DNA from: Bacteroidota bacterium | GTDB taxonomy: Bacteria; Bacteroidota; Bacteroidia; Bacteroidales; JAAUTT01 | Assembly: GCA_023429135.1 (NCBI GenBank) | Contig: JAEYWD010000062.1 | Span: forward strand, 115,416 to 179,415 | DNA length: 64,000 bases | Direction of reading: 5' to 3' | Part shown: one piece after another, positions 40,037 through 48,884 of the stretch | Numbering within the stretch: position 1 is the stretch's first letter | How the letters are laid out: each line of letters opens with the position of its first letter | The notes under the pieces: model-generated | The model's database searches: none | The model's input: only the letters and a program-made list of their open reading frames with translations | Told to the model about the DNA's origin: nothing | Position numbers and translations under genes: made by a program

Positions 40037-40606
40037 AGCGAGGCAATATCGTTAAAAACAATTTTCAAAAGTAAACAAATCAACCGCGCACTTGTTTACA
40101 AAAGTCAAATATTTAGATGGTTTACAAAAATGAACGAATATTTCAATACGAATGTTGATCAACATTGTAAATAGTTACTATTAAATATATTTATCTATAT
40201 ATTGTATTTATAATCATAATTTTAAATAAATCATATCATATATGAGTTTAATTATTAGTTCACATAAATGTATTACTATCTCAAAAATCATAAATAACGA
40301 CAATTATTTAAACTTAATGTGCTAATTACCATATATTTATAAATTATAAGTAATTATATTGTTTAATAATAATTGATGTAAGGTTTTATATACCATTTAA
40401 ATCCGACGTTTTTCACTTTCTACCCTTCGCTTGTGCTTGAGATTAAGGTTTTGTTTTTACTTAAAAAAAAATGTTCTATTACCCTTAAAAATACAGGGAA
40501 AATAACCATAACTGAATCTTCCCATTTAATTGTGGGTTATAAGCGGATTGATAACGGAAAATAACTGCAAAAATTTAAGATCACAGAAGTCGAAGTTCGC
40601 TTGGAT

Positions 40607-40654
40607 TACAATTGTAAACTTAATACAATTCACATATGTTATTTGAATTGTATT
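40607..40654. promoter_or_regulatory. Candidate operator: palindrome TACAATTGTA plus a perfect 10-bp inverted repeat AATACAATTC(N13)GAATTGTATT over the HTH-gene promoter
   Basis: Three copies of TACAATT read directly at 40607-40616, 40622-40631 and 40645-40654. They overlap the -33 TTTG at 40642-40645. Confidence 0.4.
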
Positions 40655-40672
40655 TATTGTTAGTTACATTTG
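40642..40672 (+). promoter_or_regulatory. Bacteroidetes-type promoter (-33 TTTG, 19-nt spacer, -7 TACATTTG) for the HTH gene
   Basis: Exact TAnnTTTG at 40665-40672, only 4 nt before ATG 40677, which implies a leaderless or near-leaderless mRNA. Confidence 0.5.
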
Positions 40673-40676
40673 TGAA

Positions 40677-41120
40677 ATGAAGGACAGGATTCAAAAGTTT
40701 ATTCATAAAGAAGGAATTTCGCCAGCTCATTTTGCCGACGAAATTGGGGTGCAACGCTCCAGTGTTTCGCATATTCTCTCTGGACGGAATAATCCCAGCT
40801 TTGATTTTATTCAGAAGATTCTCGACCGCTATAAAAATTTGAATGCTGAGTGGCTTATTATGGGAATTGGCGACATGTATAAAAAGGTAGAAAAGAATAT
40901 CTCTTTTACTACAGAACCTGTTCGTAAGGAAATTTCTCCTCAGCAGAAAGATTTATTTGCCGGGAATAATACGGTTAAATCAGAGCCACCTCCGGTATAT
41001 GCTCAGGAGAAGGAAATGATTATGAATAGGGTTCAGGAAGCTTCTGTTAACAAATCGGTTGAAAAAATTATCGTGTTTTATTCCGATAAAACTTTCGTGG
41101 AGTTTAGACCTTCATCGTAA
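40677..41120 (+). CDS. XRE-type helix-turn-helix DNA-binding protein
   Basis: 147 aa. [36 protein letters not shown] is an HTH_3-like motif. The C-terminal half is low complexity. Confidence 0.75.
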   Translation: MKDRIQKFIHKEGISPAHFADEIGVQRSSVSHILSGRNNPSFDFIQKILDRYKNLNAEWLIMGIGDMYKKVEKNISFTTEPVRKEISPQQKDLFAGNNTVKSEPPPVYAQEKEMIMNRVQEASVNKSVEKIIVFYSDKTFVEFRPSS

Positions 41121-41127
41121 GGTTTAT

Positions 41128-41135
41128 TATCTTTG
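41128..41135 (+). promoter_or_regulatory. -7 box TATCTTTG immediately upstream of pyrD
   Basis: Exact TAnnTTTG, 8 nt before ATG 41144. Confidence 0.4.
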
Positions 41136-41143
41136 CCGCAAAA

Positions 41144-42175
41144 ATGTATAAAACTTTTATCCGTCCCGTATTCTTCAAAATGGATCCCGAAAAGGTTCAC
41201 CACCTGGTAGTCGGGGCCATGAAATTTGTTCATCGTATTCCTTTTATCGGTTCTGTTTTAAAAAGCTTTTTTTCAGTATCTCATCCATCGCTGGAACGCA
41301 CTGTTTTTGGACTTAAATTCAAAAATCCAGTCGGACTGGCTGCTGGTTTCGATAAAAATGCTGAAGTTTACAGAGAGTTCAGCAGCCTCGGATTTTCTTT
41401 CATCGAAATTGGTACTGTTACGCCTAAACCACAGCCTGGCAATCCTAAAAAACGTTCCTTTCGTTTACCTGCCGATACAGCTTTGATTAACCGAATGGGT
41501 TTTAATAACAAAGGGGTTGACGAAGCTGTAAAAAATCTAAAAAAACGTAAGGACCTTACTACGATTATAGGTGGTAACATTGGGAAAAATACCGCCACTT
41601 CCAATGAAGATGCTGTAAATGATTACGTGATCTGCTTTAACGGTCTTTACGACCATGCCGATTATTTCGTGGTGAATGTAAGTTGTCCCAATATCTCCAA
41701 TTTAAGCAAACTGCAAAATAAGGATTCGCTTATGGAGATTTTATCGGCTATCACGAAAGAACGCCAGAATAAAACTGTTCGTAAACCTGTTTTGCTTAAA
41801 ATTTCACCCGATCTCAACTTCGGACAGATTGATGAAGTTATTGATATTGTGAATACTACCGGAATTGACGGAATTGTAGCCACCAATACAACCATATCGC
41901 GGGAAGGTCTTACCACTCCCGTTTCTACCATCGAAGCTATCGGAAATGGCGGTTTAAGCGGAAAGCCTCTTGCTTCACGCTCAACAGAGATTATACGTTA
42001 TATTACACAGAAAACGGGTGGCAAGTTGCCTGTGATTGCGGTTGGAGGAATATTTACGGCTGAAGATGCACTTGAAAAACTAAATGCAGGCGCTTCTCTG
42101 GTACAGCTTTATACCGGATTTATTTATGAAGGTCCGGGGTTAGCCAAAAAAATCTGTAAAAAACTCCTGACGTAA
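41144..42175 (+). CDS. pyrD: Dihydroorotate dehydrogenase (quinone), class 2
   Basis: 343 aa. [47 protein letters not shown]. Confidence 0.95.
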   Translation: MYKTFIRPVFFKMDPEKVHHLVVGAMKFVHRIPFIGSVLKSFFSVSHPSLERTVFGLKFKNPVGLAAGFDKNAEVYREFSSLGFSFIEIGTVTPKPQPGNPKKRSFRLPADTALINRMGFNNKGVDEAVKNLKKRKDLTTIIGGNIGKNTATSNEDAVNDYVICFNGLYDHADYFVVNVSCPNISNLSKLQNKDSLMEILSAITKERQNKTVRKPVLLKISPDLNFGQIDEVIDIVNTTGIDGIVATNTTISREGLTTPVSTIEAIGNGGLSGKPLASRSTEIIRYITQKTGGKLPVIAVGGIFTAEDALEKLNAGASLVQLYTGFIYEGPGLAKKICKKLLT

Positions 42176-42259
42176 TTTCAAACTTTGTTTTGAGTATACT
42201 CGTATGCGCTAAATATTAATTGACGCAAACTGATTGCTTGTTGCTAATATTTTTATATT

Positions 42260-43642
42260 ATGAAACCCAAAACCTATTTAAGTCTTTGCCTGGCATTGCC
42301 ATTCTGTTTGGGATTGTCAGCGCAGACCAAAAACCTGGTGCAGAATCCAAGTTTCGAAATTTATGAAAAATGTCCGGTAGACCATACGCCCTTCGACAAA
42401 TCGCATAAACTGATTCAAGGCTGGACTTATCCAACATATGCCACACCCGATTATTTTCACCGGTGCAGTCCCGGGCAGGTTAAGGTTCCCGGTAATTTTG
42501 CAGGTGTTAGCGAACCCACCTCGGGCGACGCTTACATGGGCGCTATTTTAACAGGTACTGAACGCGATTACCGGGAATATTTTCAGGGTACCTTATCTGA
42601 ACCTATGGTCAAAGGTAAAATGTATTGTGTCACTTTTAATTATCGTTTGGCTTCGTTGTCGATGTTTGCGGTTGACCAGCTTAGCTTGTTCTTTGTTGAC
42701 CTTAAAGTTGAATCTACAATTAAAGCCAATCTTGCTGTTGATCCTCAGTTGAATAACACTCCAGGATTGTTTCTCGATAATAGCGAGGAATGGAATCAGT
42801 TTTGCCAGGTTTACACAGCTAATGGTGGGGAGCGTTATTTTGTCATTGGTAATTTCAAGGATTATGATCATACTAATTATGTTGTAACTGACAAGAACGT
42901 TTCGAATTTGCGTGATAAAAAATACGCCTACTATTTTTTTGATGATTTTAGTGTCAAACCGTTGGAAAATTGTAGCGATTGCCCCTGTGTCCCCCAGAAT
43001 ATGGATGTTGTTGTAATGGATTCATCCTATACAGGAGGACTTGATCCACGTACAGGAGTTTTTAAGGGTAGAGTAGATGATGGTAAGATCTCTCTCGGAA
43101 TCCAGGGCGGAACAACACCTTATTCTGTAACATGGTCTAATAATATGACAGGTTCTTCTTTAAAGGGATTACCTGCAGGAGATTATACCTATACAGTTAA
43201 AGATGTTTATAATTGTACCGCTTCAGGTAAAATTGTTTTTAAGCAACCGGAAGTAACTGTTGATACCGTTTCCGATAATCTTATGAATATTCAGGAAGGA
43301 GCGGCAATAGTTCTTAAAAATATATTTTTTGAATATAATAAAACCACTCTTTTACCTGCCTCTTTTCCTGAATTGAATAAGGTAGTGGTTTTCATAAAGG
43401 AAACAGATGCCAAATTAATCGAGATCTCGGGTCACACTGATAGCGATGGTACTGATACTTATAACAAAACTTTAAGTCAGGGCCGGGCCAAATCGGTTGT
43501 CAATTATCTTGTTTCTCAGGGTATTGAGTCGGCCCGACTCACCGCAGTTGGCTACGGAGAATCGCGTCCTATTGATACAAACTTTACTGCAGCGGGGAAA
43601 TCACAAAACAGGAGAGTTGAATTTCTACTTAAGAAAAAATAA
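42260..43642 (+). CDS. OmpA-family protein with an N-terminal beta-sandwich-like region and a SprB-like repeat
   Basis: 460 aa with a signal peptide. C-terminal OmpA domain (ISGHTDSDGTDTYNKTLSQGRAKSV..., GYGESRPI..., NRRVEF). Confidence 0.85.
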   Translation: MKPKTYLSLCLALPFCLGLSAQTKNLVQNPSFEIYEKCPVDHTPFDKSHKLIQGWTYPTYATPDYFHRCSPGQVKVPGNFAGVSEPTSGDAYMGAILTGTERDYREYFQGTLSEPMVKGKMYCVTFNYRLASLSMFAVDQLSLFFVDLKVESTIKANLAVDPQLNNTPGLFLDNSEEWNQFCQVYTANGGERYFVIGNFKDYDHTNYVVTDKNVSNLRDKKYAYYFFDDFSVKPLENCSDCPCVPQNMDVVVMDSSYTGGLDPRTGVFKGRVDDGKISLGIQGGTTPYSVTWSNNMTGSSLKGLPAGDYTYTVKDVYNCTASGKIVFKQPEVTVDTVSDNLMNIQEGAAIVLKNIFFEYNKTTLLPASFPELNKVVVFIKETDAKLIEISGHTDSDGTDTYNKTLSQGRAKSVVNYLVSQGIESARLTAVGYGESRPIDTNFTAAGKSQNRRVEFLLKKK

Positions 43643-43657
43643 TTCAAATTTTTGATT

Positions 43658-45634
43658 ATGAAGTTAATAACCTATATTCTCTTCTTAACTTTTTCGCTCA
43701 CCGCATTTGCACAGAAAGCCGAAAAAGGGTTTAAGAACCTAGAAAAGGATGATTTTATTAAAGCCCAGGAATCCTTTCTGAAAGTTCTTCTAGAAGATTC
43801 AAGCAACTGTGCTGCTCAGTTCGGTATGTCGCTTATACTTTCAAACGAGAAAAATCCGGCTAAGGATTATTTTCAGGCATGGGATTATTTTTTACTTGTA
43901 AAGAAAAATATTAAGAAACTTAGTGATGACGACAACACTTTACTTAAAGAATTCTTTACCAAAAGAGACGCAGAACGTCGTAACCGCACCATTCAATATA
44001 ATATCGACTTTGAAGAAAAAATTATTGAAGATAAGCTTATCAGATATGTCCGGGAAGAAAACAACCTTGCTGTTGCGGAGAAATTTATTGCTGTATATCC
44101 CAATTCTAAATTCTATGAAAATGTGATTCATATACGCAATCATCTTGAGTTTAGAAAAGCCGAAAAAGCAAATACCCTGGAAGCTTATAACGAATTTTTA
44201 AAACGTTACCCCCAGGCGGCTCAGGTTAACGAAGCTTTAACGGCGCGCGACGAATTGGCTTATCAAAGAGCTAAAAAGGCAAATACAATTGAAGCTTTGG
44301 ATGAATTTATAAAAGCTTATCCTAAAGCATATCATTATTACGACGCTATAAAGCAACGGGATCAGTTAGCTTTTGATTTTGCCAAAAAGCAGAATACAAT
44401 CGAAGCTTTTGAGAATTTTATGATCAGGTATCCCACGTCATTGCATATTCCCGCAGCAAAGGTAATTCAGCGTAAACTGCTTTATGAAAAAGCTAAACAG
44501 GTAAATACGCTTGAGGCGTATAATGCTTTTATCCAAAAATATCCCGACGGAGAGCTTTTTGTTGATATTTTCAACTTAAAAACTAATGTTCTCGGAAAAA
44601 ATATGCTTGCCGATGCCCAGGGCAACAAGGAGATGGTAAAATGGATCAAAGGCTTCGACTCGGAAGAGAAAAACGACAGTGCAGGTGGAATTTCGGTTAC
44701 TCCCGACAATCGGATCATTTTCTCAGGAACGCGTCAACGATTGTCGGGCAATGGAACCGAAGCCTGGGTACTTTGTGTTGATGCTGAGGGTAAAATGGTA
44801 TGGAATAAATCTTATGGTTCTGCCACGTATAATAAGGTCAAATTTCAAACGCTGACACCTAAAGGGGATATTCTCCTGGGAGGATTGAATAATTCAAGTA
44901 ACGACACTCTTTTGGCCCGAAGCTGGCTATTCGAGATTACTTCAGCAGGGAATGGGAAATGGGAGAGAAATATTGAGGGAAAAGAAATAGAAGCAATTTA
45001 CACAGCTCCTTCCGGAGATGTTTATGTGTCGGGATGTAATACAAACGATTCAGTTCCAAGAGTCTTATATCTGGCTAAACTAAACGCCGATTATCAGAAA
45101 CTTTGGAGTCGTGATTATTTGAAACAGGGAGTACTTGGCCCATTTGCTGTTACTGCGGCACAGAACATGGTGATGGGAGCGGGAACATGGGTATGGAAAA
45201 CCGATTCGCAGGGGTATATTGTGTGGGAAAAGAATCTGCCGGGTACTGACAGTATAATTTCGGCATATGCTATCCCCGGTGGTTTGTTTTATTTGGTTGG
45301 GACCAGAAATAGCTCACCCTATATTATGCGAATGAATGACCAAGGGGTTATTTCATGGGAGAAGAATTTTCCTGAAATGGGTGGTCTGCATTTTGACTTT
45401 GCAGCTTTATTGCCTGATAAAACAATTTTTACCAGATTTCAAGGTGATGGAATTTTGGGCTTCATGGTGCTGTCGGACAAAGGTGATATTTTGAAGGAAT
45501 TACGATTTTCTCAGTCTTCAGCTCCGGCTTATGGCTCCATAACAATAAATGCTGCGGGAGAGGTATTTACTGTTTTTACGCGGAATAATTTTTCAAATAC
45601 CGAGATCGTTGTATGTAAACTAGTTACTAAATAA
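43658..45634 (+). CDS. Secreted repeat protein: five tandem 37-aa helical repeats, then a Trp/Gly-rich probable beta-propeller region
   Basis: Signal peptide MKLITYILFLTFSLTAFA. Repeats follow NT(L/I)EA(Y/L/F)xxF(I/L)xxYP.... The track start 43652 is TTG. ATG 43658 is preferred. Confidence 0.7.
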   Translation: MKLITYILFLTFSLTAFAQKAEKGFKNLEKDDFIKAQESFLKVLLEDSSNCAAQFGMSLILSNEKNPAKDYFQAWDYFLLVKKNIKKLSDDDNTLLKEFFTKRDAERRNRTIQYNIDFEEKIIEDKLIRYVREENNLAVAEKFIAVYPNSKFYENVIHIRNHLEFRKAEKANTLEAYNEFLKRYPQAAQVNEALTARDELAYQRAKKANTIEALDEFIKAYPKAYHYYDAIKQRDQLAFDFAKKQNTIEAFENFMIRYPTSLHIPAAKVIQRKLLYEKAKQVNTLEAYNAFIQKYPDGELFVDIFNLKTNVLGKNMLADAQGNKEMVKWIKGFDSEEKNDSAGGISVTPDNRIIFSGTRQRLSGNGTEAWVLCVDAEGKMVWNKSYGSATYNKVKFQTLTPKGDILLGGLNNSSNDTLLARSWLFEITSAGNGKWERNIEGKEIEAIYTAPSGDVYVSGCNTNDSVPRVLYLAKLNADYQKLWSRDYLKQGVLGPFAVTAAQNMVMGAGTWVWKTDSQGYIVWEKNLPGTDSIISAYAIPGGLFYLVGTRNSSPYIMRMNDQGVISWEKNFPEMGGLHFDFAALLPDKTIFTRFQGDGILGFMVLSDKGDILKELRFSQSSAPAYGSITINAAGEVFTVFTRNNFSNTEIVVCKLVTK

Positions 45635-45637
45635 AGA

Positions 45638-45670
45638 GCTTTCAAAAACATGATGAAAGTCATTTTTTTA
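45638..45670 (+). terminator. Probable intrinsic terminator after the repeat-protein gene
   Basis: Stem CTTTCA/TGAAAG followed by TCATTTTTTTATT. Confidence 0.5.
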
Positions 45671-45680
45671 TTAACATTTG

Positions 45681-45711
45681 TTTGAAATTATATATTATCA
45701 ATTTATATTTG
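45681..45711 (+). promoter_or_regulatory. Bacteroidetes-type promoter (-33 TTTG, 19-nt spacer, -7 TATATTTG) for the tryptophanase-family gene
   Basis: Exact TAnnTTTG at 45704-45711, leaving a 5' UTR of roughly 85 nt. Confidence 0.45.
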
Positions 45712-45804
45712 AAACCGAGGTAATATGAATTAATGTTACTAAAGCTTACTTCAGGTAAGCCTTTAATTTATTAATAGAGCTAACTCCTAATTTTTTATCA
45801 GTTT

Positions 45805-47268
45805 ATGGACAACACACAATCAGTTAAAGTTAAATTTTACAGTGGGGAAGATTTGCCTTTGGAATTACACAAGGTGAGAATCGTACAAAAGCTTCATCTC
45901 AGACCTATTGATCAAAGGTTAAAGGCCATGGATGAAGCTGGTTATAATACTTTTCTTCTGACAACCAACGACGTTTATCTCGATATGCTTACCGACAGTG
46001 GTACCAACGCTATGAGCGACAACCAGCTTGCTTCTATGTTGCAGGCCGACGATGCTTATGCCGGTTCGCAGAGCTATACAAAAATGGAAAAAGCGATTCA
46101 GGAAGTTTTCGGGAAAAAGTATGTGTTACCGGTACATCAGGGACGTGCTGCCGAAAATATCATTTCGCAGGTATTTATTAAAAAAGGTGATGTAATTCCT
46201 ATGAATTACCACTTTACAACAACTAAAGCTCATATGGAGCTTAATGGCGGTACCATTTTTGAAATTTATACCGATGAAGCTTTAAAAATAAAGAGTAATG
46301 TTCCTTTCAAAGGAAATATCGATATAACTAAATTAAAGGGTATTATCGAGAAATATGGCCCCGGTAAAGTGCCTTTTATCCGTTTGGAAGCTTCAACAAA
46401 CCTCATTGGCGGGCAGCCTTTTTCGATCCAGAACATGAGAGAGGTTTGTAAAGTTGCCGATCAACATGGAATTATGGTGGTTATGGATGCCAGTTTGATA
46501 GGGGAGAACGCCTATTTTATTAAGCAGCGGGAAGATGAGTTTAAGCAGAAGTCTATTGCTGATATTCTTCTTACCATGTGCGACCTGGTGGATGTTGTTT
46601 ATTTCTCCAGTCGAAAAGTTAGTTCCACAAGAGGTGGCGGAATATGCACAAACCGGGAAGACTGCTATGCTAAGATGCGCGATTTAATTCCTTTGTATGA
46701 AGGTTTCTTAACTTACGGAGGTATGTCGATTCGCGAAATTGAAGCTATGGCTGTTGGTTTACGCGAAACTACTGACGAAACAGTTATTAACCAGTCGCCT
46801 TCATTTATTGCCCACCTGGTAGGAGAGCTGGAAAAATTAAATATTCCGGTGGTTACCCCTGCGGGAGCTCTGGGATGTCACCTCGATGCCATGGGCTTTT
46901 TACCACATATATCTCAAAAGGAATACCCTGCAGGAGCTTTGGCAGCCGCCTTCTATATTATTTCTGGATGCCGGGGCATGGAAAGGGGGACAATTTCAAG
47001 TGTAAGAGATGAACACGGAGATGATGTGCTTGCAGATATTGAATTGCTGCGCTTAGCATTTCCAAGAAGAGTATTTACTTTGTCACAGACCAGATACGCT
47101 CTCGATAGATTACATTGGTTATACAAAAACCGTGATCTTGTTGGAGGTTTGAAATTTATTGAAGAACCTGCTGTATTGCGATTCTTTAATGGTAGGCTTG
47201 CACCTACCAGCAACTGGCCCGAAAAGCTTGTTGCGAAGTTCAAGCAGGATTTTGGGGACAGTTTATAG
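45805..47268 (+). CDS. Tryptophanase / tyrosine phenol-lyase family PLP-dependent beta-eliminating lyase
   Basis: 487 aa, colinear with E. coli TnaA as I recall it (DMLTDSGTNAMS..., VHQGRAAE..., DASLIGENAYFIKQRE..., SSRKV with the PLP Lys). Substrate cannot be decided by eye. Confidence 0.85.
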   Translation: MDNTQSVKVKFYSGEDLPLELHKVRIVQKLHLRPIDQRLKAMDEAGYNTFLLTTNDVYLDMLTDSGTNAMSDNQLASMLQADDAYAGSQSYTKMEKAIQEVFGKKYVLPVHQGRAAENIISQVFIKKGDVIPMNYHFTTTKAHMELNGGTIFEIYTDEALKIKSNVPFKGNIDITKLKGIIEKYGPGKVPFIRLEASTNLIGGQPFSIQNMREVCKVADQHGIMVVMDASLIGENAYFIKQREDEFKQKSIADILLTMCDLVDVVYFSSRKVSSTRGGGICTNREDCYAKMRDLIPLYEGFLTYGGMSIREIEAMAVGLRETTDETVINQSPSFIAHLVGELEKLNIPVVTPAGALGCHLDAMGFLPHISQKEYPAGALAAAFYIISGCRGMERGTISSVRDEHGDDVLADIELLRLAFPRRVFTLSQTRYALDRLHWLYKNRDLVGGLKFIEEPAVLRFFNGRLAPTSNWPEKLVAKFKQDFGDSL

Positions 47269-47289
47269 TAATTATTCCAAGTCCTTTGT

Positions 47290-47328
47290 CACCCTTTCCG
47301 TGCAGCCCGGAAAGGGTGTTTTCTTTTA
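47290..47328 (+). terminator. Intrinsic terminator after the lyase gene
   Basis: 10-bp stem CACCCTTTCC/GGAAAGGGTG followed by TTTTCTTTTAT. Confidence 0.8.
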
Positions 47329-47365
47329 TGTCAGTTATTTGATAACTTTATGAAAATTTTAAAGT

Positions 47366-47764
47366 ATGGAATTGAATCTGACCACACCAGCATTGTTTTT
47401 TTCGGCTATTTCGTTGATTTTACTTGCTTATACAAACCGGTTCTTATCTCTTGCTCAGTTGGTTCGCAGTTTGCATGCGCAATATAAAACAGAACCAACT
47501 ACTACCATTTTGGGGCAGATAAAAAATTTAAGGAAACGGCTTCATTTGATTAGAACTATGCAGATAGCAGGATTGACAAGTCTGTTGCTCTGTGTACTTT
47601 GTATGTTTTTGATTTATGTGAGGGCAACGGTAATAGCTGAGATTACTTTTGGAATAGCAATGATTTTGTTGATTATTTCGCTTGCTTTTTCAGTTTGGGA
47701 AATACAAATATCTGTAAAGGCGCTTGATTTACATTTATCGGATATAGAAGATACTGAGCTTTGA
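47366..47764 (+). CDS. DUF2721-family membrane protein
   Basis: 132 aa with three TM helices. The LLAYTNRFLSLAQLVRSLH pattern matches DUF2721 as I recall it. Confidence 0.6.
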   Translation: MELNLTTPALFFSAISLILLAYTNRFLSLAQLVRSLHAQYKTEPTTTILGQIKNLRKRLHLIRTMQIAGLTSLLLCVLCMFLIYVRATVIAEITFGIAMILLIISLAFSVWEIQISVKALDLHLSDIEDTEL

Positions 47765-47773
47765 TTCAGTATC

Positions 47774-48151
47774 TTAATCTCCTACAAATTCGGCAGTTTC
47801 ATAGAATTGGAATGGCAAATCAATAAGTTGCATTACTTCTTTTCCAAAATCCAGATTATCTTCGTCACCTTCTTCATAATACCATTTTACAATGCAATTT
47901 TTTATTTGCAAATTGTTTTTGGCCTGTTGCAAAAACTTACTAATTTGCTGAGAACTACTGCTGTTCATATAGTCGAGACAAACCGTAATACAAATATTCT
48001 CGAGATAGCAGTTATCGATCCATGTGTGAAGCGGATCATAAAATTTCGCCGTATCTTCAGGAAGCGATCTTCCTTTAATAAGCAGGTTTCCATCCATTAA
48101 AAATTTAATCTCAGGAGTACTTTTAGTTGGAGCCAGTATAAGTTGTTCCAT
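47774..48151 (-). CDS. DUF1987 (SiaC-like) protein, paralog 1
   Basis: 125 aa. PTKSTPEIKFLMDGNLLIKGRSLPEDTAKFYDPLHTWI..., LDYMNSSSSQQ..., WYYEEGDED. Confidence 0.75.
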   Translation of the reverse strand: MEQLILAPTKSTPEIKFLMDGNLLIKGRSLPEDTAKFYDPLHTWIDNCYLENICITVCLDYMNSSSSQQISKFLQQAKNNLQIKNCIVKWYYEEGDEDNLDFGKEVMQLIDLPFQFYETAEFVGD

Positions 48152-48288
48152 TTAGCGTATTTTAGGTTTATTGCGCAATGACAGTTACAATACGAAATAG
48201 AATTGTAATTGTTAAAATTATTATAGAAAAAAATAGAAACTCGGGATTAGTTGCAATGCTTTGTTTCTTTTTAGAAAACAGAACCATG

Positions 48289-48663
48289 TTAATCAGGAAC
48301 TTCGGCATATTCGTAAAAATTAAAGTTTATTTTGGTTAAAGATTCAAATTCTTTGCCTGTTTCGAATGATTCATCATCGCCTTCCTCATAATGCCAGTTG
48401 ACCGATTTTGCTTTAACCATCGGATTTTCGTTAAGCAGACACAATAAAGAATATACCTGTTTGGAGCTGCTTGTATTCAGATATTCCAGCTTAAGATTTA
48501 AGGTAACTGTTTCACAATCGCAATCTTTAATCCAGTCTAGAACCGGAGTATAAAAACCAACAGGATCTTCGGGTAAGGAACGTCCATGAATAAAAAGTTC
48601 TCCGTTTGGATTAAAGTTAACTTTAGGCGTGGCTTTCGATTCTTCGATAAATAAAGATTTCAT
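48289..48663 (-). CDS. DUF1987 (SiaC-like) protein, paralog 2
   Basis: 124 aa. SKATPKVNFNPNGELFIHGRSLPEDPVGFYTPVLDWI..., LEYLNTSSSKQ..., WHYEEGDDE. Confidence 0.75.
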   Translation of the reverse strand: MKSLFIEESKATPKVNFNPNGELFIHGRSLPEDPVGFYTPVLDWIKDCDCETVTLNLKLEYLNTSSSKQVYSLLCLLNENPMVKAKSVNWHYEEGDDESFETGKEFESLTKINFNFYEYAEVPD

Positions 48664-48839
48664 CTTTCTATTATTTATTCCAGTAAACGATGTTGGTTAA
48701 GAAAGGATTCATTCCTTTGATAAGCGGTCGATTTGTTCTGACAAAAGTTAGATTCCTGTTCTTGAATCTAGGTTTGCATCATTTTTTTGGATAAATTTTT
48801 GTTATATAATTTATATTATGTTAAATACAATTTATTAAA

Positions 48840-48871
48840 AATAAGGAGCAGATTTATCTCCACTCCTTATT
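48840..48871 (-). terminator. Intrinsic terminator after the TPR gene
   Basis: 9-bp stem AATAAGGAG/CTCCTTATT with a T-tract on the minus strand. Confidence 0.65.
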
Positions 48872-48884
48872 TTCAATATTTCAA

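Noticed and set aside
45733-45774. A 13-codon uORF (MLLKLTSGKPLIY*) overlapping a hairpin (45741-45764) in the leader of the tryptophanase-family gene, considered as a TnaC-like regulatory leader peptide.
   Set aside because: It has no Trp codon and no resemblance to TnaC. Short uORFs of this size are expected by chance in AT-rich leaders. I note it as a possibility only.
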